In this document: positions 43,261-44,066 of the stretch, one piece after another | Numbering within the stretch: position 1 is the first letter of the stretch | Layout: each line of letters begins with the position of its first letter | Source of the DNA: a phage | Length of the DNA: 44,066 nucleotides | Strand: one strand, 5' to 3' | Assembly: GCA_029093145.1 (NCBI GenBank) | Contig: GCA_029093145.1_4347.1 | Notes under the pieces: generated by a model | Told to the model about the DNA's origin: nothing | What the model saw: the letters and a program-made list of their open reading frames with translations, nothing else | The model's database searches: none | Position numbers and translations under genes: made by a program

Positions 43261-43525
43261 GTTATTCTGGTTCGGTGGTATGCTGGCAATCGGGGGCACA
43301 TCGCTGTTTAATGTGTATCATCCCAGCGTGGACGACGGATTATTTGGCCGGGTGCTCTATATCCAGACTGCCATCGTCTGTGCTGCCGGATGTATCCACC
43401 TGTTACAGGGCAGCATGTCACCGACGCTGCCTGAGACATTAATCACATTAGTTGCGCTGCGCCAGATTCGTCAGGCGTGGCTGTCATACGGAGGGCATAA
43501 GCGTGTCTCGAAATATTTCAGATAA
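43253..43525 (+). CDS. small membrane protein (holin/antiholin partner candidate)
   Basis: SD GGAGG; hydrophobic segments LFWFGGMLAIGG and IQTAIVCAAGCIHLL. Confidence 0.45.
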   Translation: MNELFWFGGMLAIGGTSLFNVYHPSVDDGLFGRVLYIQTAIVCAAGCIHLLQGSMSPTLPETLITLVALRQIRQAWLSYGGHKRVSKYFR

Positions 43526-43991
43526 TGGATTGCATTTCTGTGCCGCGTTCGAGGGATTCCGCGGAACTGCGTATCGCGCTACGCCGAATGAGAAGTACCT
43601 GACGATAGGCTATGGGCACTATGGGCCGGACGTAACACCTGGCAGGACCATCACGCCAGGGCAGGGCCTCCTGTTACTGAATCGCGATATGGCTAAGGCC
43701 GTAGCCGCGGTCGATGCCGCAGGACACCATTCACTGACACAGGCACAGTTCGACGCCGTGTGTGACCTGGTCTATAACGCCGGTGCTGGTGTGATTGCGG
43801 CTACTACCGGCACGGGTAAGGCTCTGTGTTCCGGCGATATTGCAACACTGCGGGCTAAGCTGGCGCTGTTCATCAACCAGAACGGCAAGCCGTTACTCGG
43901 CCTGCGTCGCCGTACAGCCGGGCGTCTGGCGCTGTTCGACGGTAAACCGTGGCAAGAGGCTGAGGCTATTGGGCGCGCGGTGAAAGGTTGA
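43452..43991 (+). CDS. endolysin, GH24 lysozyme family
   Basis: FEGFRGTAYRATPNEKYLTIGYGHYG lysozyme motif; true start may be GTG 43503 preceded by GGAGGG. Confidence 0.85.
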   Translation: MRCARFVRRGCHTEGISVSRNISDNGLHFCAAFEGFRGTAYRATPNEKYLTIGYGHYGPDVTPGRTITPGQGLLLLNRDMAKAVAAVDAAGHHSLTQAQFDAVCDLVYNAGAGVIAATTGTGKALCSGDIATLRAKLALFINQNGKPLLGLRRRTAGRLALFDGKPWQEAEAIGRAVKG

Positions 43992-44066
43992 CACCTGAGA
44001 CTAATCCGACGATACTTAAATCACCTCCTGTCCCATACCTCTGCTCTCCAGTTTTATCCCGGCCCT

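Noticed and set aside
1-44066. Integrase or lysogeny cassette
   Set aside because: No tyrosine or serine recombinase-like ORF found on either strand; the HTH proteins present are small Cro-like or AlpA-like regulators only.

Overview
The window reads as a near-complete ~44 kb genome of a tailed dsDNA phage with siphovirus-like gene order. No integrase, tRNA, rRNA or CRISPR array was found. All calls are by-eye motif recognition from the translated ORFs and the DNA; no database search was run. Layout: (i) 72-1458, small plus-strand early genes; (ii) 1635-27966, plus-strand packaging, head and tail genes (terminase small and large subunits, portal, head morphogenesis, scaffold, major capsid, two Ig-like domain proteins, connector and tail genes, chaperone pair, tape measure, tail tip and tailspike-like proteins); (iii) 28129-39630, minus-strand replication module (Toprim primase-like protein, SF2 helicase, VRR-NUC nuclease, family A DNA polymerase, SSB-like protein, Cas4/RecB-like nuclease, AEP-primase/RecA-like helicase fusion, Cro/CI-like and AlpA-like HTH regulators); (iv) 40103-43991, plus-strand small genes ending in holin and GH24 endolysin. 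Antisense accessory insertions interrupt the structural module: a KilA-N-like gene (4939-5592), a small acidic protein (7269-7472), an Rz/Rz1 spanin pair far from the lysis cassette (7849-8344), a Zn-ribbon/T5orf172 gene (20017-20835), and the most system-like candidate, a self-contained four-gene operon at 14294-16692 (dNMP-kinase-like P-loop kinase, HAD phosphatase, HTH-fused metallophosphoesterase, small membrane protein) with its own promoter and terminator. Other notable signals: a 14-bp dyad AATAG-N4-CTATT embedded in at least seven sigma70-like promoters, and a shared C-terminal (T)EEDLE tail on three replication-module proteins.
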